Assembly (NCBI GenBank): GCA_041650935.1
Contig: JBAZKH010000001.1
Location: forward strand, 487,936-551,935
Length of the DNA: 64,000 nt
Direction of reading: 5' to 3'
Origin: Candidatus Omnitrophota bacterium
Lineage (GTDB): Bacteria > Omnitrophota > Gorgyraeia > 2-01-FULL-45-10
Shown: positions 19,238 to 29,163 of the stretch, one piece after another
Numbering within the stretch: position 1 is the stretch's first letter
Layout: every line of letters begins with the position of its first letter
Made by a program: the position numbers and the translations under genes
The notes under the pieces: model-generated
What the model was told of the DNA's origin: nothing
The model's input: the letters and a program-made list of their open reading frames with translations, nothing else
Database searches by the model: none

Positions 19238-20007
19238 AGATAATGGTTAAAATATTCAGCAAGATCTGTACAATAGCCGATAAGATCAAAAATACGTTCA
19301 CTGGGATTCTCGAGTTTTCTACGGCGCAACGGCTAATTGGCGGCACTAATTTTATGACGTTAAAATGTCTTGCTATCTTGTTCCTGAGCATGCCTTTTTA
19401 TTTTTATATGATGCGGATGAAGAAAAAGGCTCGCAATGCTTGCAGGCAGAAGAACTTGGGCGGATGGGTTGAGTTTATTCATGGTTTTGCGATATACGTT
19501 ATTGTGCGACAGATAAAACCGCAGATAATAGTGGAGACTGGTGTGGGACCTGGCTCAACTAGCGCATTTATTTTAAAAGCCCTCAAGGATAATGATAGGG
19601 GTATGCTCTATAGTATAGACTTGCCTGGTAATGACGCAGTAGTATATCCGATGCTCGGGAAGAGCTTTAATGTGCATATTCCTAATGGCTTCGAAGTCGG
19701 ATGGCTTATACCTCCAGCTTTTAAGAATAGATGGAAACTCATTCTTGGTGATTCGAAGGAGGAATTGCCGAAGCTTCTTAAAGAGCTGGGGACCATAGAT
19801 ATCTTCTTGCATGATAGCTTGCATACGGATGAACATATACTTATGGAATTTAAAATAGTCATGTCATACATCCGGCAGGGAGGCATCCTTTTGTGTGACG
19901 ACGTAAATTCATTTTGGAGCACTACATTTATTACATTCTGCAAAGAGTATAATATTCCATATTTTGTTTTTAACGATCGCTTGGGAATAGGTAAGGTTAT
20001 TTCGTAG
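19234..20007 (+). CDS. class I SAM-dependent O-methyltransferase (CmcI/TylF, Methyltransf_24-like)
   Basis: ..IVETGVGPGSTSAFI.. glycine-rich SAM loop and a ..HDSLHT..C.D.. tail typical of CmcI-family sugar O-methyltransferases. Confidence 0.6.
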   Translation: MKIMVKIFSKICTIADKIKNTFTGILEFSTAQRLIGGTNFMTLKCLAILFLSMPFYFYMMRMKKKARNACRQKNLGGWVEFIHGFAIYVIVRQIKPQIIVETGVGPGSTSAFILKALKDNDRGMLYSIDLPGNDAVVYPMLGKSFNVHIPNGFEVGWLIPPAFKNRWKLILGDSKEELPKLLKELGTIDIFLHDSLHTDEHILMEFKIVMSYIRQGGILLCDDVNSFWSTTFITFCKEYNIPYFVFNDRLGIGKVIS

Positions 20008-20030
20008 GATGTGGGGTTAAGAGGGTAGTT

Positions 20031-21326
20031 GTGAAAAAAGATATCATAATATTAGGTGCCGGTATCACAGGTTTGAGCGCAGGCCTTTCAACCGGTGCAC
20101 AAATTTACGAAGCTGGTTCTATGCCCGGCGGTATCTGTGCGTCATACTATATTGGCCGCGACGGTAAGAAGTCATCCGCCAGGATAGATGACGAAACATA
20201 TCGGTTCGAGGTCGGGGGAGGGCATTGGATGTTCGGCGCCGACAAAAATATTTTGGATTTTTTGGAAGGTTTTTGCGATCTCAATCGATACGACAGGATA
20301 TCCTCAGTCTATTTGCCCGACAGAGTTCTCTATGTGCCGTATCCCATCCAAAACCATCTCTCATATCTTTCGCCGGATATTCGGGATAAAGTTCTAGCGG
20401 AAATAATCGATAGTGATAATACGATAGTTAAGACGCTCCGTGACTGGCTCGAGATGAATTTCGGAAGGACGTTATCTGAATTGTTTTTCTTCCCGTTCCA
20501 CAAATTGTATACGGCCGATATGTATGCCCGGATAGCACCGCAAGATAGCTTTAAGACGCCCGTGGATAGAGAGCTTCTCATGAAAGGTGCACGTGAAAGA
20601 ACCCCTGCGGTCGGCTATAATGCGTCTTTTTTCTATCCTCAAAACGGATTAGATGGCCTTATTAATAATATGGCGGCAAAGTGCAGAATAAATTACAATA
20701 AGCGGGCGCTGAAGATATTCTTGGATAAGAAAGAGATTCTTTTTGAAGACGGGGAACGCCTGGAATATGAAACCATTATCTCTACCTTGCCGCTAAACCA
20801 GCTCCTCGAAATGACCGGGCTTTTAGCGGGTTCGCCGGATCCTTTTACTTCAGTGCTTGTGGTGAATATCGGTGCGAAGAAAGGCGAGCGATGCCCGAGG
20901 GACCACTGGCTCTATATCCCCGAAAGTAAGGCAGGATTTCACAGGGTAGGTTTTTACAGTAACGTCGATCCGTCTTTTTTGCCTGCATCGTCGAGAAAAG
21001 ATAATAGTAGGGTCAGCATCTATGTGGAAAAGGCTTATCTGCCCGGCTTGCGTCCCGCCGAAGATCAGGTGAGGGTACTATGCCGCGATATAGTAGATGA
21101 GCTTACCGACTGGAAATTTATTGCGGAAGCGGAAGTTGTTGATCCTACATGGATAGAGACCGGGTATACGTGGCAATATCCCGGATCGGAGTGGAAGCAG
21201 AAAGCGTTAACGATGCTTGAAAAATATGGCATCCGGTCAACGGGGCGTTACGGGAAATGGAAATTCCAGGGCATAGCCGAATCCCTGAAAGACGGGATTG
21301 ATATCAAAACGGTGCTAAATGGATAA
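20031..21326 (+). CDS. FAD/NAD(P)-binding oxidoreductase, possibly UDP-galactopyranose-mutase-like
   Basis: N-terminal dinucleotide-binding ..IIILGAGITGLSAG... ~430 aa. Sits in a sugar-modification context. Confidence 0.5.
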   Translation: MKKDIIILGAGITGLSAGLSTGAQIYEAGSMPGGICASYYIGRDGKKSSARIDDETYRFEVGGGHWMFGADKNILDFLEGFCDLNRYDRISSVYLPDRVLYVPYPIQNHLSYLSPDIRDKVLAEIIDSDNTIVKTLRDWLEMNFGRTLSELFFFPFHKLYTADMYARIAPQDSFKTPVDRELLMKGARERTPAVGYNASFFYPQNGLDGLINNMAAKCRINYNKRALKIFLDKKEILFEDGERLEYETIISTLPLNQLLEMTGLLAGSPDPFTSVLVVNIGAKKGERCPRDHWLYIPESKAGFHRVGFYSNVDPSFLPASSRKDNSRVSIYVEKAYLPGLRPAEDQVRVLCRDIVDELTDWKFIAEAEVVDPTWIETGYTWQYPGSEWKQKALTMLEKYGIRSTGRYGKWKFQGIAESLKDGIDIKTVLNG

Positions 21327-22185
21327 AAACCAGATGGTTTGCGCGGTTGTTGTTACATATAATCGAAAGAAGTTACTTTTAGAATGCCTGGAAGCCCTGC
21401 TGGCGCAAACCCGTCCTTTAGATGCCATATACATTATAGATAATGCCTCAACAGATGGCACGTCGTGTCTTCTCAAAGAAAAGGGGTATGCCGATACAGT
21501 TTTGAAAAAAACGCACCTATTTTATGTTCAAATGCCAGAGAATACGGGTGGGGCAGGCGGATTCCATGAGGGCATCAAGCGCGCCTACGAAAGAGGATAC
21601 GATTGGATATGGGTGATGGATGATGATGCAGTGCCGGAGCCGGAGTCTCTTTTGCGGTTGTTAGAAACAGTCCATAGCAGGAATGATAAATGCTTCTGTT
21701 CGAACTGCGATGCTGATGTAGAGTTTACAAAGCCTATCAAAGAGGTTGGCAACTGGTTATTTGTAGGAGCCTTTATTCATAGAAGTATAGTCGAAAGCGT
21801 TGGTCTGCCGCGCAAAGATTTTTTTATATATCATGATGACGGCGAATATGCGTATAGAATAATAAAATATGGTCATAAGATAATAAAAGCGCGGGACTCC
21901 GTAATAAAACACGGTGATTTTTCAGGAAGAGAATGGCATAAGAAAATTATTCTGGGGCGAACAATAGGCATACCAAAATTGCCCGATTGGAAATTTTATT
22001 ATTATATACGGAACGAGCTTCTCAAGTATAGATATGACGATATCAATAAGTATAAAGCCTTGTATCATACAGCGCAATCGGGCTTAAAGATCTTGTTAGT
22101 AAATAAAGTCCAGTTCCCAATATTTTTTAGGGCATTTTTTCATGGGGTGATCGGCCGAGCTGGTAAAATCGTCGGTCCAACCTGA
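21319..22185 (+). CDS. family 2 glycosyltransferase (GT-A)
   Basis: ..VVVTYNRKKLL.. / ..IDNASTDGT.. / DDD motif. Confidence 0.8.
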   Translation: MDKNQMVCAVVVTYNRKKLLLECLEALLAQTRPLDAIYIIDNASTDGTSCLLKEKGYADTVLKKTHLFYVQMPENTGGAGGFHEGIKRAYERGYDWIWVMDDDAVPEPESLLRLLETVHSRNDKCFCSNCDADVEFTKPIKEVGNWLFVGAFIHRSIVESVGLPRKDFFIYHDDGEYAYRIIKYGHKIIKARDSVIKHGDFSGREWHKKIILGRTIGIPKLPDWKFYYYIRNELLKYRYDDINKYKALYHTAQSGLKILLVNKVQFPIFFRAFFHGVIGRAGKIVGPT

Positions 22186-22213
22186 TAAACGGTGACAAAA
22201 CGGAGGATGGAAC

Positions 22214-22852
22214 ATGTGTGTTTTAAAATTTATCGAAGACAGAGTAAAATTGCTCTATTTTAAGATGAAATGGCGCAGGTTAAACAAACATAATTTTACG
22301 TCTGTAAAAAATATATTTCCCATAGACAAGGGAAATATAAAAATTGGAAAATTTTCATATGGGCCGCTTGAGGTCATGACGTGGGGAGCAGATAATGAAG
22401 GGCTGGAAATAGGGAATTTTGTATCCATAGCTTCGGGAGTTAAGTTCGTTTTGGGTGGCAATCACCGCTTTGATACCATTTCAACATATCCTTTTAAGGT
22501 AAAGATTTTGGGTGAGAAAACAGAAGCTGGATCAAAGGGCAAAATTACTATTGGAGATGATGCGTGGATCGGCGTTGATGCGATAATTTTGTCAGGTGTT
22601 ACAATCGGAAAAGGTGCTGTGATTGCCGCAGGGAGCGTTGTGACCAAAGATGTTCCGCCATATGCGATTGCGGGTGGGAACCCCGCCGCAGTTATTAAGT
22701 TTCGATTCTCTGAAGAATTAATATCTGAGATTATGGATCTCGATTTTACAAATATTGACCATGGTTTTATTGCGGAGAATAGAGATTTGATATACACAAA
22801 AGCAGATTATGCGGTTATAAAAAAAATAAAAGAGTGTCTGAAAACGAAATGA
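22214..22852 (+). CDS. hexapeptide-repeat (left-handed beta-helix) sugar O-acetyltransferase
   Basis: Imperfect [LIV]G..x..[LIV] hexapeptide repeats (..[31 protein letters not shown]..). Confidence 0.75.
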   Translation: MCVLKFIEDRVKLLYFKMKWRRLNKHNFTSVKNIFPIDKGNIKIGKFSYGPLEVMTWGADNEGLEIGNFVSIASGVKFVLGGNHRFDTISTYPFKVKILGEKTEAGSKGKITIGDDAWIGVDAIILSGVTIGKGAVIAAGSVVTKDVPPYAIAGGNPAAVIKFRFSEELISEIMDLDFTNIDHGFIAENRDLIYTKADYAVIKKIKECLKTK

Positions 22853-22942
22853 AATAAAACTCCACCCTCTTCATAGTAATTGGCCGGACAGGTAAAACAG
22901 TCAAGCCGCCCTGCTAGACGATGATAAGAAGGAAGCTGTCAA

Positions 22943-24097
22943 ATGAAGATTGGTTATTGCACATATACGGATCCTTTAGATAAAATATCCTGGTCCGGCA
23001 TTCACTATTTCATGATGAAATCTCTTGCCAAGCACTGCGGCAATACCATACCGATTGGGCCGCTGGGCAATAAATTTGTTTTATCCGGCAGGCTTTTCAA
23101 TAAGCTTACCACTATCCTGCTGCGCCGAAAGTTTGATTATTTGCGCTCTCCATTGATAGCTATGGAATTCGCGCGTGTTATAAAATCTAAGATAAAAAAA
23201 ATTAATTGCGACGTATTATTTATTCCGGAAGGAAGTCAATTATTGGCTTATTTAGATACGGATTTGCCGGTTATATATCTTTCCGATGTTACCTTCGATC
23301 TCATGGTAGATTATTACCCGTTTTTTACAAACCTGTTTCCCGTGTCTAAAAAATGGGGCGAGCAGACCGAGGCGAGGTCAATAAAGAGAGCCGATACGAT
23401 CGTCTATCCTTCCGAATGGGCTGCCAGGAACGCTATCGAACACTACAAGTGTTCTCCCGAAAAGATAAATATTATTCGTTTCGGGGCAAATCTTGATTTT
23501 GTACCATCTCGGGAAGATGTTATGGCACGGCGTAAAAATCCCGGCGATAAATTGAAAATGCTTCTCGTGGGGGTTGACTGGATCCGCAAAGGGGGAGAGA
23601 TAGCCTTTCGCGCCATGGTGGAATTGAATAAGCGCGGGGTGGATGCGGAGCTTGTTATATGTGGCTGTATGCCTCCTGCCGGCTTCACGCATGAAAAAAT
23701 AAAGGTTGTGGGCTTCCTGGATAAGAATGATCCAAGACAGGCAGAGGATCTGAACCGCCTGTATATGGAATCTTCGATATTTGTATTGCCGACGAGAAGC
23801 GAATGCCTGGGGATAGTCTACTGTGAAGCCTGCGCGTATGGGCTGCCGATAGTATCAACTGATACAGGCGGCGTATCATCTTATGTGAAGGATGGTCTCA
23901 ATGGCTTTTTACTTCCTGCTGAGGCCGGGTTTGAGGCTTACGCCGATAAGATACAGGAGATATGGGGTGACAGAAATAAGTACGTTGGTCTTTGCGAAAA
24001 CGCAAGGCGGAGATTTGAAGACGAACTAAATTGGGATTCGTGGGCATTAAAGGTGAAAGGGGTAATCGCCGGGCTTACAATACCCCATGGGAAGTAA
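22943..24097 (+). CDS. family 4 glycosyltransferase (GT-B, group 1)
   Basis: C-terminal E..G....EA.A.G.P.V.TD.GG motif (..ECLGIVYCEACAYGLPIVSTDTGG..). Confidence 0.8.
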   Translation: MKIGYCTYTDPLDKISWSGIHYFMMKSLAKHCGNTIPIGPLGNKFVLSGRLFNKLTTILLRRKFDYLRSPLIAMEFARVIKSKIKKINCDVLFIPEGSQLLAYLDTDLPVIYLSDVTFDLMVDYYPFFTNLFPVSKKWGEQTEARSIKRADTIVYPSEWAARNAIEHYKCSPEKINIIRFGANLDFVPSREDVMARRKNPGDKLKMLLVGVDWIRKGGEIAFRAMVELNKRGVDAELVICGCMPPAGFTHEKIKVVGFLDKNDPRQAEDLNRLYMESSIFVLPTRSECLGIVYCEACAYGLPIVSTDTGGVSSYVKDGLNGFLLPAEAGFEAYADKIQEIWGDRNKYVGLCENARRRFEDELNWDSWALKVKGVIAGLTIPHGK

Positions 24098-25070
24098 CTT
24101 TATGGCAGAGCTATCTATCATAATAGTTAATTGGAATTCCGCCGACGTCTTGCGAAAATGCTTCGCGTCGGCATACGATACGATAAACATTCCTTTTGAA
24201 ATAATAGTCATTGATAACAATTCCTCGGATAATAGCGTAGCAATGATAAGGAAGGAATTCGCGCAGGCTATTTTAATCGCGCGGAGTTCAAATGCCGGTT
24301 TCTCCAAAGCAAATAATGATGGCTTTAAGGCATCGCATGGAGCGTACATATTAGTATTAAATCCGGATACGGTACTGCTCAAAGGTGCGGTGAACAGGAT
24401 GGTCGATTTTTTGAAGGCGCGAGCCGATATAGGCATACTGGGGCCGAGGATCCTGAAAAAAGATGGAATACCGGATCTGACCTGCAAAAGAAAACTACCA
24501 AGAATATCGCGAGAATTTTTTACAATATTTCTTTTGGAGAAAATGTTAAATAAGTTAAAGACAGCAATCCCGTATACCCGTAAAGCATTTTATCGATATT
24601 ATGAAAAGAGCGAAGAATGCGAATCTCTCTCGGGAAGCTGTATGCTTTTTAAAAGAGAAACATTCGGCCGGTTGGGAGGTTTTGACGAAAGTGTGCCTAT
24701 GTACCTGGACGACATAGATATCTGTCATAGATCAAGAAAGATGGGTTTGATAAATTTTTATCTGGCCGATGCTGAAATAATGCATATAGGTAAATATTCG
24801 ACTAATACGGCCGGCAATAACAAGATATATGACGTTCTCGCCCGCCAGGCGCACCTCTTCTATTATCGAAAACACAGTGGAAAAGTAGTCGAATTCGTAT
24901 ACAGGATAATTATAGCGCTCAGCGTTCCTTATCTTCTGACCTTGGACACGGTATGCGCGCCATATTTCATTTTTAAAGGCAGGGCCGGAGAGCTTGCGTG
25001 GATAGTTCGAAAACATCTTAAGTATTTAAAAGTGGCGTTCTCGAAAGAGGTGCTGGATGTCATTAAGTGA
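24087..25070 (+). CDS. family 2 glycosyltransferase (GT-A)
   Basis: ..LSIIIVNWNS.. / ..IIVIDNNSSDNS.. / DxD. Confidence 0.8.
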   Translation: MGSNFMAELSIIIVNWNSADVLRKCFASAYDTINIPFEIIVIDNNSSDNSVAMIRKEFAQAILIARSSNAGFSKANNDGFKASHGAYILVLNPDTVLLKGAVNRMVDFLKARADIGILGPRILKKDGIPDLTCKRKLPRISREFFTIFLLEKMLNKLKTAIPYTRKAFYRYYEKSEECESLSGSCMLFKRETFGRLGGFDESVPMYLDDIDICHRSRKMGLINFYLADAEIMHIGKYSTNTAGNNKIYDVLARQAHLFYYRKHSGKVVEFVYRIIIALSVPYLLTLDTVCAPYFIFKGRAGELAWIVRKHLKYLKVAFSKEVLDVIK

Positions 25071-26499
25071 AAAGATTACCGTTTCGACCGCGCTTGTAAT
25101 ATCTTTATTTACGCTATATTGTTCTTACACAAGCCTTTGGTTTTTGCCTATAGGGGCACTCTTTTTTATAGGCTGCGGAGTTGCATTGATTGCGCTATTG
25201 CCTTTAATTACGCAAAAGGTGTGCCGGCTGTTTGCGCAGATCAATTTGTTGCATGCTATATGGATACTGCTTCTGGTCGGGTCTCTTACATTTCGTATCA
25301 GGACCGGATATCAGCTTATGCAGAACCCGGTGGATGAGGCAGCGTTTTTCCGCATAGCTATAGTGATCCTGGCCGGCATTATTATATTACCGCGATTTAT
25401 TATAAAGCTCGGCGATAACGCAAGAGAATTATTCAGCGGGACGCTCTTATTTTTCACGCTGTATGTTCTGGCGGCGGTGTTTTCTTTTATATATTCAAGC
25501 TATCATATGCTTACGCTATGGAAAGGTTTCGAGCTTTTTCTCGATCTGTGCGTTATAGCCATGTTATTTTCCGATAGCCGGTATTTCAAGAACATAATTC
25601 TGCTTATGAACTTGAGCTGGTTTTTGCTAGCCTGTCTTATGTCGGTTATGTGGTTAGGCTGGATTCTCTTTCCGGGTTGGGCGAGCACTCCGTCCGATGG
25701 TATTATACGGACACAGCTTGGCGGCGTCCTGGTGTCAGCTAACGGTGTCGGTATTATAGGTGCCATGATCGCTACAGTAGGTTTTTCACGGATGATGTTG
25801 GCCCTGGATCGTAAAAATCGCATGTTATATTTTATTATATTTTTTATCTCGGTAGTTACTATCATCGTTTCCCAGAGCAGAACCGCGCTCTTAGCTGTCT
25901 TTGTATCATTGGCCGTTGTAGCGTTCCTTCAACGCCGGCCGAAAGTTATTGTAACTGTCCTATGCAGTGCATTTGTTTTTTTGATAATTTATTATTTTTG
26001 CCAGAATTCTTTATCTCGCTTCGCGATGGAATTCTTTCGTAGAGGCCAGAACATAGGACAACTACAATCTCTTACCGGGCGTACATTTATGTGGAAGAAG
26101 GCCTGGGAGCTTATCCGCCAGAACGTTTTTTTGGGTTACGGATTTGGCGCGGGTTCTAGGATAACTTTCATGATGTCTTATTCAAAGGATTTTACCTGGA
26201 TCCATAACGCATGGATTGAAGTTATGCTTAATCTTGGGCTCCTGGGCCTTATCCCGTTTTTTGCGGCATTCTTATCCGCCTGGAGGGAATTAGTCATTTC
26301 ATTTTTTTCGAAAAAGGTGTCGTTAAGTGAAGGCGGCCTCTCAGGGGTTATCGTGGAAAATATAGGCGTGATGTCAATTATCACGCTCGGAAGCATAACC
26401 GGCTCCGCCATAGGCGCGTGGCAGACATATGATATCCTCATTTATATATCCATACTTGCCTTTGCAAATCTTTTGCATAAGATCCGGCTTTCAACCTGA
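25057..26499 (+). CDS. Wzy-like polymerase / O-antigen ligase family membrane protein
   Basis: ~10-12 TM helices with a ..TQSRTALLAV.. periplasmic loop motif of the Wzy_C family. Confidence 0.55.
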   Translation: MSLSEKITVSTALVISLFTLYCSYTSLWFLPIGALFFIGCGVALIALLPLITQKVCRLFAQINLLHAIWILLLVGSLTFRIRTGYQLMQNPVDEAAFFRIAIVILAGIIILPRFIIKLGDNARELFSGTLLFFTLYVLAAVFSFIYSSYHMLTLWKGFELFLDLCVIAMLFSDSRYFKNIILLMNLSWFLLACLMSVMWLGWILFPGWASTPSDGIIRTQLGGVLVSANGVGIIGAMIATVGFSRMMLALDRKNRMLYFIIFFISVVTIIVSQSRTALLAVFVSLAVVAFLQRRPKVIVTVLCSAFVFLIIYYFCQNSLSRFAMEFFRRGQNIGQLQSLTGRTFMWKKAWELIRQNVFLGYGFGAGSRITFMMSYSKDFTWIHNAWIEVMLNLGLLGLIPFFAAFLSAWRELVISFFSKKVSLSEGGLSGVIVENIGVMSIITLGSITGSAIGAWQTYDILIYISILAFANLLHKIRLST

Positions 26500-26506
26500 A
26501 AAACAG

Positions 26507-27697
26507 ATGAAGATACTCCAAATCCATAATTTCTACCAAACATCCGGCGGCGAGGACAGCGTAGTGCGCGCCGAGAAGGAACTTCTTGCATCCCGCGGTC
26601 ATGCCATCATCACGTATTACCGGCATAATGATGAGATAAGAAGGTACGGCCTATTTAAAAAGATAGGTTTTATTAAAACGGTTTTCTATTCCGGCCGGAC
26701 CGTAAAAGAGTTGACCGCTATCATAGAAAAAGAAAGGCCCGACGTAGCGCACGTACATAATCTCTTTCCGCTTATATCGCCTTCGGCATATTACTGCCTT
26801 AAGGCGCACGGGATACCCGTTGTGCAAACTGTGCACAATTACCGTTTCTTATGCCCGAACGGCCTGTTTTACAGAAAAGGCGTTATATGCGAGAAGTGTA
26901 AAAGCGGCAATACAGCACATTGTTTTTTTTATACATGTTATCGGAATAGCGTATTTTTATCCGGGCTATACGCGCTGACGTTCTGGTTTCACAGGAAACT
27001 CGGAACCTTTCTCCGGTTTATAGATATCTTCATCGCCCTGAGTAATTTTGCTAAGGATAAACTTATCGAGGGAGGCCTCCCTGGGAGCAAAATCGAGGTT
27101 GAAGGTAACTTTGTAGCCGTCGATAAACACGCGCCGGTGTATGACAAAGATTCTTACGCGCTTTTTTTAGGGCGTATTTCCCCGGAGAAAGGCATAAGAA
27201 CGCTTTTGGATGCCTATAAGATATTGGACACGCTCTTCCTGAAGATTGCCGGGGAGGGGCCTTTGCTGGAGCGTGTAAAAGAATATATTAAGAGCAATAA
27301 TATCGCTAATGTAGACGCGTTAGGTTTTGTTTCCGGATCGGAAAAAGCCGCGTTGCTAGGCAAGGCGGCAGTTAGCATAATTCCCTCAGAGTGGTACGAG
27401 AATTTCCCAATGGCTGTTCTCGAGAGCCTTGCCGCAGGAACGCCGGTAATAGCTTCAAGGATCGGCGGCCTGCCGGAATTGATCGAAGAAGGCAAAAACG
27501 GCCTTCTCTTTGAGCCCGGCAATACCGGTGACCTTGCCGCGAAGATCAGATATTTTTACTCGAACCGCGAAATAGCGCTTAATATGAGCCGTTATGCTCT
27601 CGAAAGTTTTGAAAAGAGATATTCCGCCGGGAAGCATTACGAGGGGCTTATACAGATATATGATAAGGCAATTAAGTTAGGCAGGGGGCGGGTGTGA
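26507..27697 (+). CDS. family 4 glycosyltransferase with a Cys-rich insertion
   Basis: GT4 E..ENFP..VLESLAAGTPVIASRIGG motif. The ORF-track start at 26429 is probably a 5' over-extension, since MKILQIHNFY at 26507 is typical. Insert ..CPNGLFYRKGVICEKCKSGNTAHC.. Confidence 0.8.
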   Translation: MKILQIHNFYQTSGGEDSVVRAEKELLASRGHAIITYYRHNDEIRRYGLFKKIGFIKTVFYSGRTVKELTAIIEKERPDVAHVHNLFPLISPSAYYCLKAHGIPVVQTVHNYRFLCPNGLFYRKGVICEKCKSGNTAHCFFYTCYRNSVFLSGLYALTFWFHRKLGTFLRFIDIFIALSNFAKDKLIEGGLPGSKIEVEGNFVAVDKHAPVYDKDSYALFLGRISPEKGIRTLLDAYKILDTLFLKIAGEGPLLERVKEYIKSNNIANVDALGFVSGSEKAALLGKAAVSIIPSEWYENFPMAVLESLAAGTPVIASRIGGLPELIEEGKNGLLFEPGNTGDLAAKIRYFYSNREIALNMSRYALESFEKRYSAGKHYEGLIQIYDKAIKLGRGRV

Positions 27698-28455
27698 ACG
27701 GGAAACTGAGTATATTAGGCATCGGTGTGAGTCTAACCGATTATGCGCGCACGATCGATGCTGTTATATCGGCAGCTAAGGAGCGCAGACCCCTGCGCGT
27801 TACGGCATTAGCGGTGCACGGCCTCATGGAGGGATTTTACGATAAAGATCTGGCCCATAATCTAAACAGCTTCGACATTGTTACTCCCGACGGCCAGCCC
27901 GTCAAATGGGCGCTGAATCTTTTAGGGGCAAAGGAGATAAAAGATAGGGTGTGCGGGCCGGTTCTTATGTTTAAGATTTGTGAGAGGGCCGCCCCGGAGA
28001 AGATTCCGGTGTTTTTTTATGGCAGCAAAAAAGAAATTTTAGAAAGATTAGAAGCGAATCTATTAAAACTATGTCCCGGTCTTATTGTGGCTGGGGTTAA
28101 AGCGGATAGGTTCAGGGATACGACACCGGATGAAGACAGGGAAGATATTGATACGATTAATGGGAGCGGTGCGCTAATAGTATTCGTGGGAAAAGGATGT
28201 CCGCGGCAGGAGAAGTGGATTGCCGCTCACGGTTTGCGGATACGCGGCGCGACAATAGCGGTTGGCGCGGCTTTTGATTTCCACGCAGGTATGCTCAAAA
28301 GGCCTTCGAAATTTTTCCAGGACCTCGGACTTGAGTGGGCATTTCGGTTAGCACAGGAACCCAGGCGGTTATGGAAGAGATATATCCTGCTAAATCCCGC
28401 GTTTGTTTTTAACCTCTGTTTACAGCTTTTGAAAGTCAAAAAATATAATACCTGA
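27694..28455 (+). CDS. WecB/TagA/CpsF-family glycosyltransferase (GT26)
   Basis: ~250 aa with the family-typical N-terminal ..ILGIGVS..TDY.. and central ..GPDLM.. regions. Confidence 0.7.
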   Translation: MNGKLSILGIGVSLTDYARTIDAVISAAKERRPLRVTALAVHGLMEGFYDKDLAHNLNSFDIVTPDGQPVKWALNLLGAKEIKDRVCGPVLMFKICERAAPEKIPVFFYGSKKEILERLEANLLKLCPGLIVAGVKADRFRDTTPDEDREDIDTINGSGALIVFVGKGCPRQEKWIAAHGLRIRGATIAVGAAFDFHAGMLKRPSKFFQDLGLEWAFRLAQEPRRLWKRYILLNPAFVFNLCLQLLKVKKYNT

Positions 28456-28574
28456 AGCAAGAAGCGTGCCCAAATAAAATTAATCGCTGAAAAATACAAC
28501 TGGGATGATATTGTCAAGCGTACTTATTTTTATATGCCAGTAACAGTTTAGCGTAAAGAAGTATCTCAACGAGA

Positions 28575-28602
28575 ACGTAGGGGAGGTTTAAACCTCCCCT
28601 AC
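28575..28602 (+). repeat. palindromic element ACGTAGGGGAGG-TTTAAA-CCTCCCCTAC. Identical 28-mer to 30721..30748
   Basis: Read directly. Lies 120 nt after the stop of 27694..28455. Confidence 0.85.
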
Positions 28603-28712
28603 GTCGGGAGAATTTCTCCGCGCTAATCTATTGCATATGCCATCCCTTAACGAAATAGGTGAAATATGATATATTTCTTATTGATGTTAAATATAGCACT
28701 TTGGAGAAATAT

Positions 28713-29090
28713 ATGAAATATATAGAATTCAGAAAGATTATGGGAGGGTTCCCGGTATTCTCGCTTTCCGACATACGGCAGGCGGATCCCACGTTTCAAC
28801 GCAGGCGGCTTAATGAATGGCGGGAGAAGGGGTATCTTAAGAAAGTAATTAAGGGGCATTACATTTTTTCCGATCTGTCGCTTGATGAGAATCGCTTGTT
28901 TGAGATCGCAAACCGGATTTACGCGCCCTCATATGTTTACTTTGAAATGGCGCTTGCTTATTACGGATTGATCCCGGAAAGTGTTTATGGAATTACCTCG
29001 GCATCAACGCGTAAGTTCAAGGCGATGCCGGTAAAATTATGCTTTTCCCGGAATTCGTGCGCGGTATGTAGCACAAAAATTTGCTTTTGA
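28713..29090 (+). CDS. AbiEi-like antitoxin domain protein (type IV TA transcriptional-regulator family), possibly truncated
   Basis: wHTH-like ..FSLSDIRQ......RRRLNEWREKGYLKKVIKGHYIF.. then ..SYVYFEMALAYYGLIPE.. resembling AbiEi N- and C-terminal regions. GGAGA SD before the ATG at 28713. Confidence 0.45.
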   Translation: MKYIEFRKIMGGFPVFSLSDIRQADPTFQRRRLNEWREKGYLKKVIKGHYIFSDLSLDENRLFEIANRIYAPSYVYFEMALAYYGLIPESVYGITSASTRKFKAMPVKLCFSRNSCAVCSTKICF

Positions 29091-29106
29091 GGTAATTGTA
29101 TGATAT

Positions 29107-29131
29107 AATCGCTTCATATATTGAAGCGATT
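29107..29131 (+). promoter_or_regulatory. perfect inverted repeat AATCGCTTCA-TATAT-TGAAGCGATT between two TGnTATAAT boxes. Promoter/operator of the Fic gene
   Basis: 10-bp arms read directly. Flanked by TGATATAAT and TGTATAAT. Confidence 0.5.
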
Positions 29132-29163
29132 AATTTGTATAATCGCTTCAGGAGGATCAGGCT

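Noticed and set aside
24047-24487. 146-aa minus-strand ORF spanning the GT4/GT2 junction
   Set aside because: It is antisense to two confidently assigned glycosyltransferase genes and has no motif.
29096-29163. 5' extension of the Fic ORF in the ORF track (MYDIIASYIEAINLYNRF..)
   Set aside because: This stretch contains the promoter -10 boxes and the operator palindrome. A strong AGGAGG SD precedes the ATG at 29164, so the true start is downstream.
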